A model generated the notes under the pieces. It was not told the DNA's origin. It did not search any database and saw only the letters and a list, made by a program, of their open reading frames with translations. This document shows positions 20,467-32,911 of a DNA stretch of 64,000 nt, piece by piece (position 1 is the first letter of the stretch; every line of letters begins with the position of its first letter). The position numbers were made by a program, and so were the translations under genes. Source of the DNA: Deltaproteobacteria bacterium (GTDB lineage: Bacteria > Desulfobacterota > Binatia > UBA1149 > CAYXZP01); the NCBI GenBank assembly GCA_046583365.1, contig JAYGCL010000077.1:3179-67178 (forward strand), written 5' to 3'.

Positions 20467-21896
20467 CCCCTTACCTCCTCCACCAATTCGACAAAGCGCC
20501 GGCCCCGTTCGGCATAGCCGTCAAACTCATCCCAACTCGCGCAGGCAGGCGCCAGCAGAACCACGTCGCCCGTCGAAGCCGCGTCCAGGGCGCGCCGGAA
20601 AGCGTCGTCGAAACAGTCGGCCTCGCGCACCGTGGTACGACCGGCCAGAACCTCGCGCAACTCCCGCCGGGCCTGTCCAAAAACGACGGCGGCCTTAATC
20701 TTACACGCAGAGGCGGCCAGCGGCCAGAGGTCCGCGCCTTTGGCCGTCCCGCCGAGCAGAACGACGACCGGGCGGTCGAAAGCCTCAAGACTGCTGAGTG
20801 TGGCCGCAACGTTGGTGGCTTTGGAGTCATTCCAGAACTCAACACCCCCGGCTTCGGCCACCAACTGCAGACGGTGGTTGAGGGGTTTGAAGCGGGCCGC
20901 GGCTCTTTCGACCGGGCCCGCGCTCACCCCTTCGCCTCTGGCCACCTCGGCCGCTGCGGCCAGGTTGGCCAGCGTGTGGGGGACGGAAAAAGCCTCGCCC
21001 TTGATGGTAGCCTTCCAGCCCTCGCCGTCGCTGAGCGTCATGCCGGCCCGGTCGGCCAACATTCCCCGGCAGCCGGGGTCGAGAGGGGAAAAGCCGAAAG
21101 AACTGAGTGCTGCCGGGCTGCAGGCACGGGCCTGGCGATAGCAGTCCCCGTCCCTGCCGACCACTGCCCGGGCCCCGGCGTCCAGGTTGGCCAGCAGGCC
21201 GAGCTTTACGGCGGCATAGGCCTCGGGGCCGCCGTGACGGTCGGCATGGTCGTCGCCGATGTTTAAGAGTAGGGCCGTAGCCGGCCTGAAACCGCGGGCC
21301 CACTCGAGCTGGAAACTGGACACCTCGACAACAAAGTAATCGACCTCAGCCCCAACGCCGTCGCTCAGGGGAGGGCCGAGGTTTCCCCCGCTGAAGACCC
21401 GGTAGCCGGCCTCTTCAAGAATCATCGCCAGCAAGGTTACCGTGGTGCTTTTCCCGTTGGTGCCGGTAACGGCCAGAACCGGTCCGTCAACCATGGCGGC
21501 GGCAAACTCTATCTCGGAGACTACTTTCACCCCGGCCGCCTGGGCCCTTTGCAGGAGAGGGTGGGAAGAGGGCACACCCGGGCTCGGAATGACCAGGGTG
21601 GCCGAATCCACGCATCCCGCAGCGTCCCCGGCCATCAACGGCTCCGCGACCGCAGCCAGTTGTCGGTCGGTGCGCAAGTCACGATGGTCGTCGACCACCC
21701 GAGCCCGCGCGCCCAGGCGGGAGACCAGGCGGGCAGCGGCCATGCCGGTTTCACCCGCGCCAAGGATGACAACCCGGCCCAGGTCAAAGCGTGCTCCACC
21801 CACTCTTTTCAACGCAGCTTGAGAGTGACCAGGGTCGCCAGCGCACAGATCACCGAAATGATCCAGCAACGCACAATGATCAACGGTTCGGGCCAC
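20463..21896 (-). CDS. murD: UDP-N-acetylmuramoylalanine--D-glutamate ligase
   Basis: [26 protein letters not shown]. The track start overlaps mraY by 88 nt, so a GTG near 21803 is a plausible true start. Confidence 0.92.
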   Translation of the reverse strand: MARTVDHCALLDHFGDLCAGDPGHSQAALKRVGGARFDLGRVVILGAGETGMAAARLVSRLGARARVVDDHRDLRTDRQLAAVAEPLMAGDAAGCVDSATLVIPSPGVPSSHPLLQRAQAAGVKVVSEIEFAAAMVDGPVLAVTGTNGKSTTVTLLAMILEEAGYRVFSGGNLGPPLSDGVGAEVDYFVVEVSSFQLEWARGFRPATALLLNIGDDHADRHGGPEAYAAVKLGLLANLDAGARAVVGRDGDCYRQARACSPAALSSFGFSPLDPGCRGMLADRAGMTLSDGEGWKATIKGEAFSVPHTLANLAAAAEVARGEGVSAGPVERAAARFKPLNHRLQLVAEAGGVEFWNDSKATNVAATLSSLEAFDRPVVVLLGGTAKGADLWPLAASACKIKAAVVFGQARRELREVLAGRTTVREADCFDDAFRRALDAASTGDVVLLAPACASWDEFDGYAERGRRFVELVEEVRG

Positions 21897-22885
21897 CCCT
21901 TCAGTTCAAAGTGGTGGTGTATTGGTGCCATGCGGAAGATTCGTTTGCCGCGGAGTTTTATAGAAGCCACCTGCAGGATCACCGACATGGCTTCGGCCAC
22001 AAAAACGCCCCCGGCCAGAATCAACACGATTTCGTTTTTCGAGATTACCGCAACCATCCCGATACCCCCGCCGAGGGCCAGTGAGCCCACGTCGCCCTGG
22101 AAAATGTGGGCCGGATAGGTATTCCACCACAAGAACCCGAGCCCGGCCGCCGCCATGGCCGCACAGATGATCGCCAGCTCCCCGGCCCCCGGCACAGGCG
22201 GGATAAAAAGGTAGGCCGACAGCTTGGCGTGTCCCGCACAGTAGGCCAGCAGGGCATAGGTAGCCGAGGTGGTCATCACCGGACCTATGGCCAGACCGTC
22301 GAGACCATCGGTCAGGTTCACGGCATTTGAGGTTCCAACGATGACGAGTACGGCAAAAGGAATGTAGAAAAGCCCCAGGTCGGGGTGGAGGTCTTTGAAG
22401 AACGGCACCGACAGGGTCGCGTCAAAGCCCCCACGGGTACACAGGATGGTGGCTGCTATGCCGGCTATGAGAACCTGCCCGAGGAGCTTTACACGGGCCG
22501 GAAGTCCAGCGTTGCGACCCTCTTTGATCTTGAGGTAGTCGTCCAGGGCGCCCAGGGCCCCAAAGCCGGTGATGACTGCGAAAGTCAGCCACACGTAGAC
22601 GTTGGTCAAGTCGGACAGCAGGAAAGACGGCAGCAGCAGCGAAAAGAGGATGAGCACACCACCCATGGTCGGGGTACCCTCTTTTGAGGCATGACCATCG
22701 GGGACATACTTGCTCACCGGCTGGCCGATGTGACCGGCCTTCATCACCCGTATCAGCCGGGGCCCGAAAAGGAAGGAAACCAGCAAAGCCAACAGTGCGG
22801 CCGCCAGGGCACGGAAACTCAGATAGCGGACTACGTTTAAGACCGCGTAATCGGAGGCCAGTGGCGACAAGAGGTTGTATATCAT
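21809..22885 (-). CDS. mraY: phospho-N-acetylmuramoyl-pentapeptide transferase
   Basis: [26 protein letters not shown]...[13 protein letters not shown]...[11 protein letters not shown]. The start is taken at the Met at 22885, overlapping the murF stop. Confidence 0.95.
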   Translation of the reverse strand: MIYNLLSPLASDYAVLNVVRYLSFRALAAALLALLVSFLFGPRLIRVMKAGHIGQPVSKYVPDGHASKEGTPTMGGVLILFSLLLPSFLLSDLTNVYVWLTFAVITGFGALGALDDYLKIKEGRNAGLPARVKLLGQVLIAGIAATILCTRGGFDATLSVPFFKDLHPDLGLFYIPFAVLVIVGTSNAVNLTDGLDGLAIGPVMTTSATYALLAYCAGHAKLSAYLFIPPVPGAGELAIICAAMAAAGLGFLWWNTYPAHIFQGDVGSLALGGGIGMVAVISKNEIVLILAGGVFVAEAMSVILQVASIKLRGKRIFRMAPIHHHFELKGWPEPLIIVRCWIISVICALATLVTLKLR

Positions 22886-24294
22886 CGCAGCGCCTCCTCT
22901 TTTAAAAGTTCCACCACTCTCTCCATGCCTGCCCCCCGCGAGCCCTTTACCAGAACCGTATCGCCACGTTTCCACAAGGCAGCCACGGCGTTGGCGGCAC
23001 CCGAGTGGTCACTTACAACGGCCACCGAGTCCTCGGACAGACCGGCCTCGAGGGCACCGCCACACAGGTCCCGGGCATGCGGCCCCATGGCACACAGCAA
23101 CACGGGCTGCAAAGAGGCGGCGGCCCGCCCCGCACGAGCGTGCCAGAGGGCAGCGTCGTCTCCAAGTTCGAGCATATCGCCGAGCACAAGCAGACAACGC
23201 CCCCCGGGCCTGTCACCAATGGTCTCGATGGCGGCCTGAAGGGAAGCGGGGTTGGCGTTGTAGGCGTCGTTTACGATTATCACTCCATTGCCGAGTACTT
23301 CTACGGCCAGGCGCATGGGCACGGCCGGGGCCTTTGCCAGTCCACGGGCCACGGCCGCCAGCGGCACTCCCAACTCCAGCGCCACAGCGGCCGCACCCAG
23401 GGCGTTACCCACATTGTGACGGCCTCCGGTGGCAAGCACCACTTTTGTCTTCTCCTGTTCGTGGACAAGCTCGAATGCCACATGCCTGAGGTCTCCACTT
23501 TCTATGTTCTCGGCCCTGACCGACCCTTGCAGTCCGAAAAAAACTTTGCGGCCGGAAAATCTGGCCGACTGTGCGAGAACGTGCTCGTCGTCGCGGTTGA
23601 CCACGGCCGTAGCATTGGCCGGCAGACCGGCGAAAAGCTCGCCCTTGGCTTGTGCCACCCCCTCCAGCGAACCGAGGCCCTCAAGATGGGCCGGCGCCAC
23701 ACAGGTCACCAGGCCATGGGTGGGCGCGGCAATCTCCACCAGACGGGCAATCTCACCGGGTGCGTTCATACCCATCTCCAGGATGGCTGCGCGGTGCCGG
23801 CCGTCTACCTTCAAAAGGCTCAGCGGCATGCCCACCAGGTTATTGAAATTTCCCTGGTTGGCCGAGACGCGACCGCTCCCGTAGGCCTCCTCGAGAACGG
23901 ACTTGAGCATTTCCTTGCTTGTGGTTTTGCCGTTGGAGCCGGTTATGGCCACGACCGGTCCCGCAAAACTACGCCTGTGCCGGGCGGCAATGGCGCCCAG
24001 GGCCGCCAGCGTATCGGTGACCTCGACAAAGACCACGCCGCGGCGCTCAAGAGAGCGCCCCTGCCCACAGACCACCACGGTGGCACCGCGAGAGACGGCA
24101 TCGTCAATGAAGTCGTTGCCGTCGTAACTCTCTCCCTTGAGCCCCACAAACACGTCTCCCGGACTCGTGGTACGGCTATCGGTAACAACCTGGCCCACAA
24201 GCGCGGCACCTGCGGCCACCCCGGCGGCCGGGACACCGCCACTGGCCTCGATGAGTTCGGCAACCGTCACCCGGCCTCCGCCAGGCGCCGACAC
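22882..24294 (-). CDS. murF: UDP-N-acetylmuramoyl-tripeptide--D-alanyl-D-alanine ligase
   Basis: [21 protein letters not shown]. Lies between murE and mraY. Confidence 0.93.
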   Translation of the reverse strand: MSAPGGGRVTVAELIEASGGVPAAGVAAGAALVGQVVTDSRTTSPGDVFVGLKGESYDGNDFIDDAVSRGATVVVCGQGRSLERRGVVFVEVTDTLAALGAIAARHRRSFAGPVVAITGSNGKTTSKEMLKSVLEEAYGSGRVSANQGNFNNLVGMPLSLLKVDGRHRAAILEMGMNAPGEIARLVEIAAPTHGLVTCVAPAHLEGLGSLEGVAQAKGELFAGLPANATAVVNRDDEHVLAQSARFSGRKVFFGLQGSVRAENIESGDLRHVAFELVHEQEKTKVVLATGGRHNVGNALGAAAVALELGVPLAAVARGLAKAPAVPMRLAVEVLGNGVIIVNDAYNANPASLQAAIETIGDRPGGRCLLVLGDMLELGDDAALWHARAGRAAASLQPVLLCAMGPHARDLCGGALEAGLSEDSVAVVSDHSGAANAVAALWKRGDTVLVKGSRGAGMERVVELLKEEALR

Positions 24295-25808
24295 AAGTCA
24301 CGCTCGTTGAAGGGAATCCTGAGCCCGCCTACCTCCTGGTAATCTTCGTGCCCCTTGCCGGCCACCAGCACCAGGTCGCCGACCGCGGCTATCTCAAGTG
24401 CCAGGGCTATGGCACTGCGGCGGTCCGGCTCGAGCGTGTAACCACCCGAGCGGCCACTCCCGAAAATCTCAAGTGCAGCGTCCATATCCACCTTGTCCAT
24501 GGCCACCATGCCGGTCTCTATGGCGGCAATTATGTCGGCCGGCTCCTCGCCCCGAGGATTGTCGGAGGTCACAACGGCGACATCGGCAAGGCCGGCAACC
24601 ACGCTGCCCATTTGCATCCTTTTGCCGCGGTCGCGGTCCCCCCCACAACCAAAGACAACGATCACACGGCCCGCAGGGTTAAGTTCGCGCAGACTTTCCA
24701 AGCTGCAGGCCAGAGCGTCGGGGGTATGGGCGTAGTCGACCACCACCAGAGGCCCGCGCGCCGAGACCACCTCCATACGCCCCGGCACGCCGACGCAGGC
24801 CCCGATACCGCGGGCAATGGCCGTATCCTCTATGCCGATAGCACAAGCCGTGGTCGCAGCGGCCAGAATGTTGGCGAGGTTGGTACGCCCCAACAGCGAG
24901 GTCTCGATGTCGAGTCCGCGGCCGTCAAGTTCCAACCGGGCCCTGGTCCCGCGCATTGAACAACTGGCCGCCAGCACACGGGCTCTGCCCTCACCCCCGG
25001 GCTCTGTCGAGTAGGTCCACAGGTCCCGGCCCCGGCAATGGTCTTTGAGGTCGTCGGCCCGCGGGTCGTCGTTGTTTATAATCGCCACCCCGCCGACGGC
25101 AAGATAATCGCTGAACAACGAGGCCTTGGCCGCAAAGTAGCTCTCCTGGTCACCGTGGTAGTCGAGGTGGTCGCGGCTTAAATTGGTGAACACCGCCGCA
25201 TCGAAGCTGCAGCCGGCCACGCGGCTCTGGCTCAGAGCGTGGGAGGAGACTTCCATGGCCACCGCCCGACAGCCGGCCTGCTGCATTTCATCCAGAATGG
25301 CGTGCAGGTCAACGGCCGCCGGAGTAGTCATGGGGGAGGGTCTCTCAAAGGCCGCACAGCGGGTACTTACCGTGCCGATAAGACCCGGGCTTTGTCCCGC
25401 CGCGCTGAGAATACTCTCCAGAATACAAGCCGTGGTGCTTTTTCCATTCGTGCCGGTAACGGCCAACATGGTCATCCGCTTCGACGGTTGGCCATAAAAG
25501 GCCGAGGCCACCACCCCGCAGGCCTTGTGTACATCGCCAACCGCTATGGCCGGGATGTCGACGTCCAGCGCGGCGGCCGCCGAGTCGCTACACAGCACCG
25601 CTGCTGCGCCGGCGGCCAGGGCTTGTTCAATGAAGCCGGAGCCGTCGGTACGGGTGCCCGCAAGTGCAACAAAGAGGTCGCCGGGGTCGAGGCTACGCGA
25701 GTCGCAGGACAGCCCGGTTATCACCGTGGCTGCTGAGGCCGAAGCGGCCATGCCGGCCTCAGCCAACGCGTCCACAAGTGAGGTCAGCGAAGATTTACGG
25801 CCCACCAC
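24267..25808 (-). CDS. murE: UDP-N-acetylmuramoyl-L-alanyl-D-glutamate--2,6-diaminopimelate ligase
   Basis: [33 protein letters not shown] motif. Confidence 0.95.
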   Translation of the reverse strand: MVGRKSSLTSLVDALAEAGMAASASAATVITGLSCDSRSLDPGDLFVALAGTRTDGSGFIEQALAAGAAAVLCSDSAAAALDVDIPAIAVGDVHKACGVVASAFYGQPSKRMTMLAVTGTNGKSTTACILESILSAAGQSPGLIGTVSTRCAAFERPSPMTTPAAVDLHAILDEMQQAGCRAVAMEVSSHALSQSRVAGCSFDAAVFTNLSRDHLDYHGDQESYFAAKASLFSDYLAVGGVAIINNDDPRADDLKDHCRGRDLWTYSTEPGGEGRARVLAASCSMRGTRARLELDGRGLDIETSLLGRTNLANILAAATTACAIGIEDTAIARGIGACVGVPGRMEVVSARGPLVVVDYAHTPDALACSLESLRELNPAGRVIVVFGCGGDRDRGKRMQMGSVVAGLADVAVVTSDNPRGEEPADIIAAIETGMVAMDKVDMDAALEIFGSGRSGGYTLEPDRRSAIALALEIAAVGDLVLVAGKGHEDYQEVGGLRIPFNERDLCRRLAEAG

Positions 25809-25817
25809 CGGCCAAGG

Positions 25818-27788
25818 TTAGGGCAAGCCCCCGACGGCCGCCAACTCAAGGGAAACAGCCTGGTCATCATCCAGCTTAACACCCGGGGCCGGCACCTGGC
25901 CTACCACGTAGCCCTGCCCCTGCACCTCGATGTTGCAGTTACAACCGTCCATGGCTCTCATCGCCGAACGCAGCGCCAGGCCATCGAGGTCTGGCATATG
26001 CCCAAGGCTGGTGGCCACCCTGTCTGTCGGCGGCCGGGGTTGGGGTACAACCACTTTCAAGGGCGGGGCCGCCAACGGCTCGGGCAAGCCGTCGGGGCGG
26101 CGGGGAATCTGCAGGTATCCCACAGCCATGTCGGCTATGCGGCGGAAAACCGGGCCGGCAACAACACCGCCGTAGTGACTGCCCTGCGGCTCATCGATAA
26201 CCACAGCGATTACCAGGCGTGGGTCGTCGGCCGGCAAGAAGCCAACGAAAGATGCAACCCAACGGTCTTTGCTGTAGCCCCCCCTTTCATGCTTCTGGGC
26301 GGTACCGGTCTTGCCGGCCACCCTCACCCCGGCCACCTGTGCCTGCGGTGCCGTGCCCGAAGCACTGACCACGTCTTCGAGCATCCGTGACACCAGGGCA
26401 GCGACCTGCGGGCTCACCGCCCGGCCCACCCGTTCGGGTCCGGTTACCTCGAGCAGACCCTGGTCGTCGGAACGGATTTCACTGACGACGTAAGGACGCA
26501 TCCTCACGCCGCCGTTGGCAAGGGTGGCATAGGCCGAGGCCAGCTGCAGTACGGTGGTCGACATCCCCTGGCCGAAACTTATATTGGCAAGGTGGATATC
26601 CCCCCACTTCGAGGCCGGGTGCAGCAGACCACCGACTTCCCCAAGGAGCCCGGAAGAGGTGGTGGAACCGAAACCGAAACCCCTCAGAACAGAATATACC
26701 GCGTCAACCCCGGCCTCGGCACCGATTTTGGCCATACATATGTTGCTCGAAACCTTTATTATCTCGGGCACCGAGAGTTCCCCGTACTCGTGGTGGTCGT
26801 GGATGGTCCATTTGCCGATATCCATGTTGCCGTTCTCACAGAAAAACCTGTCGCGCTCGCTCACCGCACCGCTTTGCAAGGCGGCGGCCAGGATAAAAGG
26901 TTTGAGCGTGGAGCCCGGCTCGAAACGGTCGGTAACGGCACGGTTGCGACGGGCCCCGACCGCATAACGACCGTACTGGTTGGGATCAAAATCCGGCACG
27001 TTGGCCAGGGCCAGGATTTCTCCGCTGCGGGGGTCCATGACCACTACCGAGCCGGCAATCGCCCCGGTGGCTCTTACCTGGGCGGCCAGTTCGGAAGCGG
27101 CCAGGCCCTGGATGGTGGCGTCGAGAGTGAGTTTGAGAGAGGCGCCACGATTAGCCCCACGAAGGTCGGCGTCGTTTAAGTAGCTGTTTCCACGACCGTT
27201 ACTGCACACTCGCACTTCGACCTCTTTGCCACTAATTTTTTCGTCCAGGGACTTTTCCAATCCCTCAAGGCCGTTGGCATCGATACCCGAAAAACCGAGT
27301 ACGTGGGCGGCCAGGGGGCCGGACGGGTACCGCCGGGCCTGCCTCGGCAGGACGTCTATGCCCGGTATACGAAGGCGTTTAACCTCGTTGGCCTCGTCAA
27401 AACCGACTCTACGCGACAGCCACAGGTAGTTGCTCCCCGGGTTTTGAAGGCGTTTGGACAGGACAACTGGTTCCACACCCAACAGAGGGGAAAGGATTTC
27501 CACATGGGCGGGGTCGAAGGTGTAGCGAACCCTCACGACGGCCACCTGCGAGGCCCTCACGCTGGTGGCCAGGGTGCTGCCGTAGCGGTCTCTTATCTGA
27601 CCACGGTAGGACATCTTTACCGTCGTTGCGCAGGTCTGGTAGCTAACGGCCAGGGCCTTCTCCGCACCGACAACAATGCTGAGATAGTAACTGCGAACGC
27701 ACACCGACGACGCTGCCAATACGCAGACCGCGGCGACCACGGCCAGGCGGCGACTGAACCTGTTACGGCTGAGATTTCCCCGGCGCAT
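25818..27788 (-). CDS. ftsI: penicillin-binding protein 3 (FtsI-type transpeptidase)
   Basis: 656 aa with a TM anchor, STLKP (SxxK), SSN and KTGTA motifs. Confidence 0.93.
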   Translation of the reverse strand: MRRGNLSRNRFSRRLAVVAAVCVLAASSVCVRSYYLSIVVGAEKALAVSYQTCATTVKMSYRGQIRDRYGSTLATSVRASQVAVVRVRYTFDPAHVEILSPLLGVEPVVLSKRLQNPGSNYLWLSRRVGFDEANEVKRLRIPGIDVLPRQARRYPSGPLAAHVLGFSGIDANGLEGLEKSLDEKISGKEVEVRVCSNGRGNSYLNDADLRGANRGASLKLTLDATIQGLAASELAAQVRATGAIAGSVVVMDPRSGEILALANVPDFDPNQYGRYAVGARRNRAVTDRFEPGSTLKPFILAAALQSGAVSERDRFFCENGNMDIGKWTIHDHHEYGELSVPEIIKVSSNICMAKIGAEAGVDAVYSVLRGFGFGSTTSSGLLGEVGGLLHPASKWGDIHLANISFGQGMSTTVLQLASAYATLANGGVRMRPYVVSEIRSDDQGLLEVTGPERVGRAVSPQVAALVSRMLEDVVSASGTAPQAQVAGVRVAGKTGTAQKHERGGYSKDRWVASFVGFLPADDPRLVIAVVIDEPQGSHYGGVVAGPVFRRIADMAVGYLQIPRRPDGLPEPLAAPPLKVVVPQPRPPTDRVATSLGHMPDLDGLALRSAMRAMDGCNCNIEVQGQGYVVGQVPAPGVKLDDDQAVSLELAAVGGLP

Positions 27789-28119
27789 TGACTGCTATTA
27801 CCTGTCCTGCCAACGGCGCCCGCAGGCGCTGGGCCGTGGCCCGGCGGCGCAGAAGCTCCGGGGCTTCCTGGCGACCGGCGATGATTTCCAGTTCTTCGTG
27901 TTCGTGGTCGAGGTCGTCAATAATCGTAGCCGTCATACTAATTTTGTGGCCCAGGTCCTGGACACTGAGGCGTATCCATACATTGGCCACCGCCAGCAGA
28001 GCTACGACCACGACCAGCATGGCCACACGGCGTTCGAATCGAGCCTCGGCAGGATCGGAAACCCCCAGACGCAGCCAGGCGGCTACCCAGCCATGCGTTG
28101 TCCTGCCCCGACCCGCCAC
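27763..28119 (-). CDS. ftsL: FtsL-like cell division protein
   Basis: Small bitopic protein (TM segment MLVVVVALLAVANVWI plus a short coiled segment) in the canonical slot between rsmH and ftsI. The call rests on position and topology only. Confidence 0.55.
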   Translation of the reverse strand: MAGRGRTTHGWVAAWLRLGVSDPAEARFERRVAMLVVVVALLAVANVWIRLSVQDLGHKISMTATIIDDLDHEHEELEIIAGRQEAPELLRRRATAQRLRAPLAGQVIAVNAPGKSQP

Positions 28120-28128
28120 CAGACTTCC

Positions 28129-29070
28129 TCAGGCGGCCAGGCGCTCTACGACGCGCAAGCCGGCGCTTCGTGACCTGGGGTTGGCTTCGACTTCCGCACG
28201 CGAAGGTCTGAGTTTTTTTCTGGTCACCACCTTGACCCTGGCCTGCCAGCCACAGTTACAAACGACCCGGATGGGAGGACAAATACAGTCGGAAGCAAGA
28301 CGCCTGAACGCCCGTTTGACGATACGGTCTTCCAGAGAGTGGTAGCTGAGCACCGCCATGCGCCCGCCCGGGGCCAGAGCCCGCCAGGCCCCCTCCACCA
28401 GCGTTTCCAATTCGCTGAGTTCTTCGTTCACGGCGATACGAAAAGCCTGAAAGGTACGCGTGGCCGGGTCGTGGCCGGGCCTGCCCTTAAGCCCCGCAGC
28501 CAGTACCGCACGGCGAAGGTCGCTGGTGGTAAGCAGGGGTGCCTGGGCGCGCAGGGCCACAATCGAACGGGCTATACGCCGCGACGCTCTCTCCTCACCA
28601 TAGCGATATATGAGGTCGGCAAGCTCGCCCTCAGTCAGACTGCCGGCCAGATCGGCGGCGGTGGCCTCGAGACTGAGATCCATGCGCATGTCCAGGGGTC
28701 CCTCAGTCGCAAAGCTGAAGCCCCTTTGTGGCCGTCGCAGTTGCAGCGAAGAAAGCCCAAGGTCGGCCACAATGCCGTCGACCCGTTGCCAACCACACTC
28801 CTCAAGGGTCTGTTCGAGACGGGAGTAACTCGTGCGCACCAGGGTGGCGCGAGAGCCGAAGCGCTCAAGGTAACGGGCGGAAGATTCCAGGGCCTCGCCG
28901 TCCCGGTCCATACCCAACAACAGGCCGGAGGGGGCGGAAACCTCGAGCAGGCGTTCGGCCATTGCGCCCTCACCAACGGTTGCATCTACGTAGCGCCCAC
29001 CCGTTCTCACTTGCAGGACCTCCACGACTTCTTCGAGCATCACGGGAATGTGACGCCCACCGCCGTCCAT
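28129..29070 (-). CDS. rsmH: 16S rRNA (cytosine1402-N4)-methyltransferase
   Basis: HIPVMLEEVVEVL, DATVGEGAMAE, DLGLSSLQL, SYHSLEDRIVK. Confidence 0.95.
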   Translation of the reverse strand: MDGGGRHIPVMLEEVVEVLQVRTGGRYVDATVGEGAMAERLLEVSAPSGLLLGMDRDGEALESSARYLERFGSRATLVRTSYSRLEQTLEECGWQRVDGIVADLGLSSLQLRRPQRGFSFATEGPLDMRMDLSLEATAADLAGSLTEGELADLIYRYGEERASRRIARSIVALRAQAPLLTTSDLRRAVLAAGLKGRPGHDPATRTFQAFRIAVNEELSELETLVEGAWRALAPGGRMAVLSYHSLEDRIVKRAFRRLASDCICPPIRVVCNCGWQARVKVVTRKKLRPSRAEVEANPRSRSAGLRVVERLAA

Positions 29071-29072
29071 AA

Positions 29073-29540
29073 TCAGAGCCGCAGTCCCTTAAGGGACTTG
29101 ATCCTGGCTTTGTTACGTTCGGCGTTCTCTTTGAAGCGTTTCCACTCTTCGACCGACCAGAGCCTGAACTTACGGATATCGCCGGTGTAGACGCACTCAC
29201 GGACCAAGCCCGCGTGGTCGCGGTGGTTGGCGGGCAGGAGAATGCGGCCCTGACGGTCGAGAATCTGTTCCTGGGCCGGGTGGATGTAGTTGGACAGCAG
29301 CACGTCGAGGACTTCCGAGGCATCCTCGCCGTCTTCTACCGTCGACAGATTGAGAATCTCCTGAGCAACCTTCTCCCACTCGGTCAGCGGGTATATATCG
29401 ACGTAAGAAAAGTCCGGTTTCGGGGAAAGGGTAACCACCACCCGTCCCTGGTTGGCACCCCCGAGGGCACCGCGGAACTTGTGAGGAACTGCTACGCGGC
29501 CTTTGTCGTCTATCGCGTGAAAGTAGGTTCCGAGAAACAT
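29073..29540 (-). CDS. mraZ: transcriptional regulator MraZ
   Basis: MFLGTYFHAIDDKGRVAVPHKFR and a second SpoVT/AbrB-like repeat (LDRQGRILLP). Confidence 0.95.
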   Translation of the reverse strand: MFLGTYFHAIDDKGRVAVPHKFRGALGGANQGRVVVTLSPKPDFSYVDIYPLTEWEKVAQEILNLSTVEDGEDASEVLDVLLSNYIHPAQEQILDRQGRILLPANHRDHAGLVRECVYTGDIRKFRLWSVEEWKRFKENAERNKARIKSLKGLRL

Positions 29541-29647
29541 GGGAAAAATGCGTGGGTGGCCGGCCCGCTCCAGGGCCGCCTCTCAACCTCGGCGTGAAAT
29601 AACCGCCTGCTGCCAGCTATACGGTTCTCCACCTCGACATACTCAGC

Positions 29648-29682
29648 CACCACAACCACCCACGGAACCCCACTATGCCCCA
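29648..29682 (-). promoter_or_regulatory. array of four TGGGN-type MraZ boxes at exact 10-bp spacing
   Basis: The minus strand reads TGGGG-CATAG-TGGGG-TTCCG-TGGGT-GGTTG-TGGTG (boxes at 29682, 29672, 29662, 29652), about 110-140 nt upstream of the mraZ ATG. Confidence 0.6.
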
Positions 29683-29701
29683 TACACACTCTTTCAGTCA
29701 A
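29672..29701 (-). promoter_or_regulatory. candidate sigma-70 promoter of the dcw operon
   Basis: TTGACT (-35, 29701..29696), an 18-nt spacer, then CATAGT (-10-like, 29677..29672). The -10 overlaps the first MraZ box. Weak -10; by-eye call only. Confidence 0.3.
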
Positions 29702-29849
29702 GGATTTTTTTCGTTTTTTGCAGACCTCCTCCCCACAAAGCGAAGATGAGGCGAAAACGTGAGCAGCTGAGCCATGCAATACTGTGATTTTAAATATTCC
29801 GGAGCTGTGTGGAAACTCCGCTAAGCGGTGTCCAAAGACACCGAGGCCG

Positions 29850-30215
29850 GTGTGCGAGTCGGCCTCTAAGCCGGATTCTGTCCCCCAGGACGAGCCTGGG
29901 ACGGCAGCCATTCATCTGGGCCGACAGTTGCCCGCCGACTCTTGCGACCTTGACCCGGGGACTTGGGGCGGGCCACCCGTCCCCCTATTCGGTCTTGCTC
30001 CAGGTGGGGTTTACATAGCACCGGCCGTTACCGGCCAGCCTGGTGAGCTCTTACCTCACCGTTTCACCCTTACCCGGCGTCAAGACGCCGGGCGGTCTAC
30101 TTTCTGTTGCACTTTCCCCGCCTCACAGCGGGCCGCCGTTAGCGGCCACCCTGCCCTATGGAGTCCGGACTTTCCTCTCGCACAAAGTACGAGCGACTAC
30201 CCGACCGACTCGCAA
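29850..30215 (-). ncRNA. rnpB: RNase P RNA, bacterial type A
   Basis: The minus strand contains GAGGAAAGUCCGGACUCCAUAGGGCAGGGUG, GUAAGGGUGAAACGGUG, ACAGAAUCCGGCUUA and a P1 pairing GCGAGUCGGUC/GGCCGACUCGC. It is collinear with E. coli M1 RNA. Ends are approximate to within about 5 nt. Confidence 0.9.
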
Positions 30216-30273
30216 ACCACGGCAAGGCTAGACCAAACCCCCGGCCAAGTCGCCCCCGGCCGGCAGCGATGGT

Positions 30274-30996
30274 CTAGGACTCGCCTTCTTCAGCGGCGGT
30301 AACGAAAAGGATTCTCTGACAATTTGGACACACGCGCACAGCGCCGGTTTTCATGATCTCTATGAGGGTTTGGGGAGGAACCGTCATATGACAGCCCCCG
30401 CAGGTACTGCCCTGCACCTCGACCACCGCCAGGCCACCGCGACGGTCGAGCACCATCTCGTAGCGCTTGCGCAACAGACCGTCTATAGCCCCGGCCACCT
30501 CATCGCGTGCACCTTTCTCACGGCTCAGGTCCTCGCGCAGCTCGGCTATCCGCGTGCCTTCGGACTCTTCCTCGAGGTCATCGGCCTTGTCCAGAGTCAC
30601 AGACTCGGTCTTGAGTCGGCTCAAACGGGCCTCGATCTCCTCGACCTTCTCCATGGTGCCGAGAAGCGCATCCTCGTGGCTGTCGATTTCCTCGGTGAGG
30701 TCGTGGATCTCCGTCTCGCCTGCACGCAGCTCACGTTCGGTCTGAATCCGGGCTACACGGGCACGGCGTTCTTTCAGAAGCTGCTGCCGCTCGCTGACAT
30801 GGCGTTCGGCCAAGGCACGTTCACCCACCAGGCGGTTACGTACCAACGTTGCCTCTTCTATGGTCTTTCGCAGTTGCTCGCGGGCGTGGCGACGGTCGCG
30901 AAAGCGTTCTTCATAACGCTCGACCTCGCGCTGCCTTTCGAGCAGGACCAAATCGATGCCTTGTAGTTTAAAAAGCTTCTGTAATTCTCCAGCCAA
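30274..30996 (-). CDS. coiled-coil C4 zinc-ribbon protein (COG1579/DUF164-like)
   Basis: 240 aa with a long coiled coil and C-terminal CGGCHMTVPPQ...CPNCQRILF. Confidence 0.7.
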   Translation of the reverse strand: MAGELQKLFKLQGIDLVLLERQREVERYEERFRDRRHAREQLRKTIEEATLVRNRLVGERALAERHVSERQQLLKERRARVARIQTERELRAGETEIHDLTEEIDSHEDALLGTMEKVEEIEARLSRLKTESVTLDKADDLEEESEGTRIAELREDLSREKGARDEVAGAIDGLLRKRYEMVLDRRGGLAVVEVQGSTCGGCHMTVPPQTLIEIMKTGAVRVCPNCQRILFVTAAEEGES

Positions 30997-31025
30997 CAGC
31001 GGTCTTACTCTCCTCTAACGAACGG

Positions 31026-31099
31026 TGGGCCCACCAGGACTCGAACCTGGGACCAGAGGATTATGAGTCCCCTGCTCTGACCAACTGAGCTATGGGCCC
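31026..31099 (-). tRNA. tRNA-Met (anticodon CAU), elongator type; a lysidine-modified tRNA-Ile2 cannot be excluded
   Basis: GGGCCCAUAGCUCAGUUGGUCAGAGCAGGGGACUCAUAAUCCUCUGGUCCCAGGUUCGAGUCCUGGUGGGCCCA forms a clean cloverleaf. Position 1-72 is a G-C pair. CCA is not fully encoded (the sequence continues ACCG). Confidence 0.9.
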
Positions 31100-31107
31100 C
31101 ATGTCCG

Positions 31108-32910
<1,803 letters not shown>

Positions 32911-32911
32911 C

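Noticed and set aside
23005-24342. 445-aa plus-strand ORF
   Set aside because: Antisense to murF. A shadow ORF.
31026-31099. Initiator tRNA-fMet identity for the CAU tRNA
   Set aside because: Position 1-72 is a Watson-Crick G-C pair, and the anticodon stem lacks the three consecutive G-C pairs typical of bacterial initiators. It was called elongator Met, with Ile2 not excluded.
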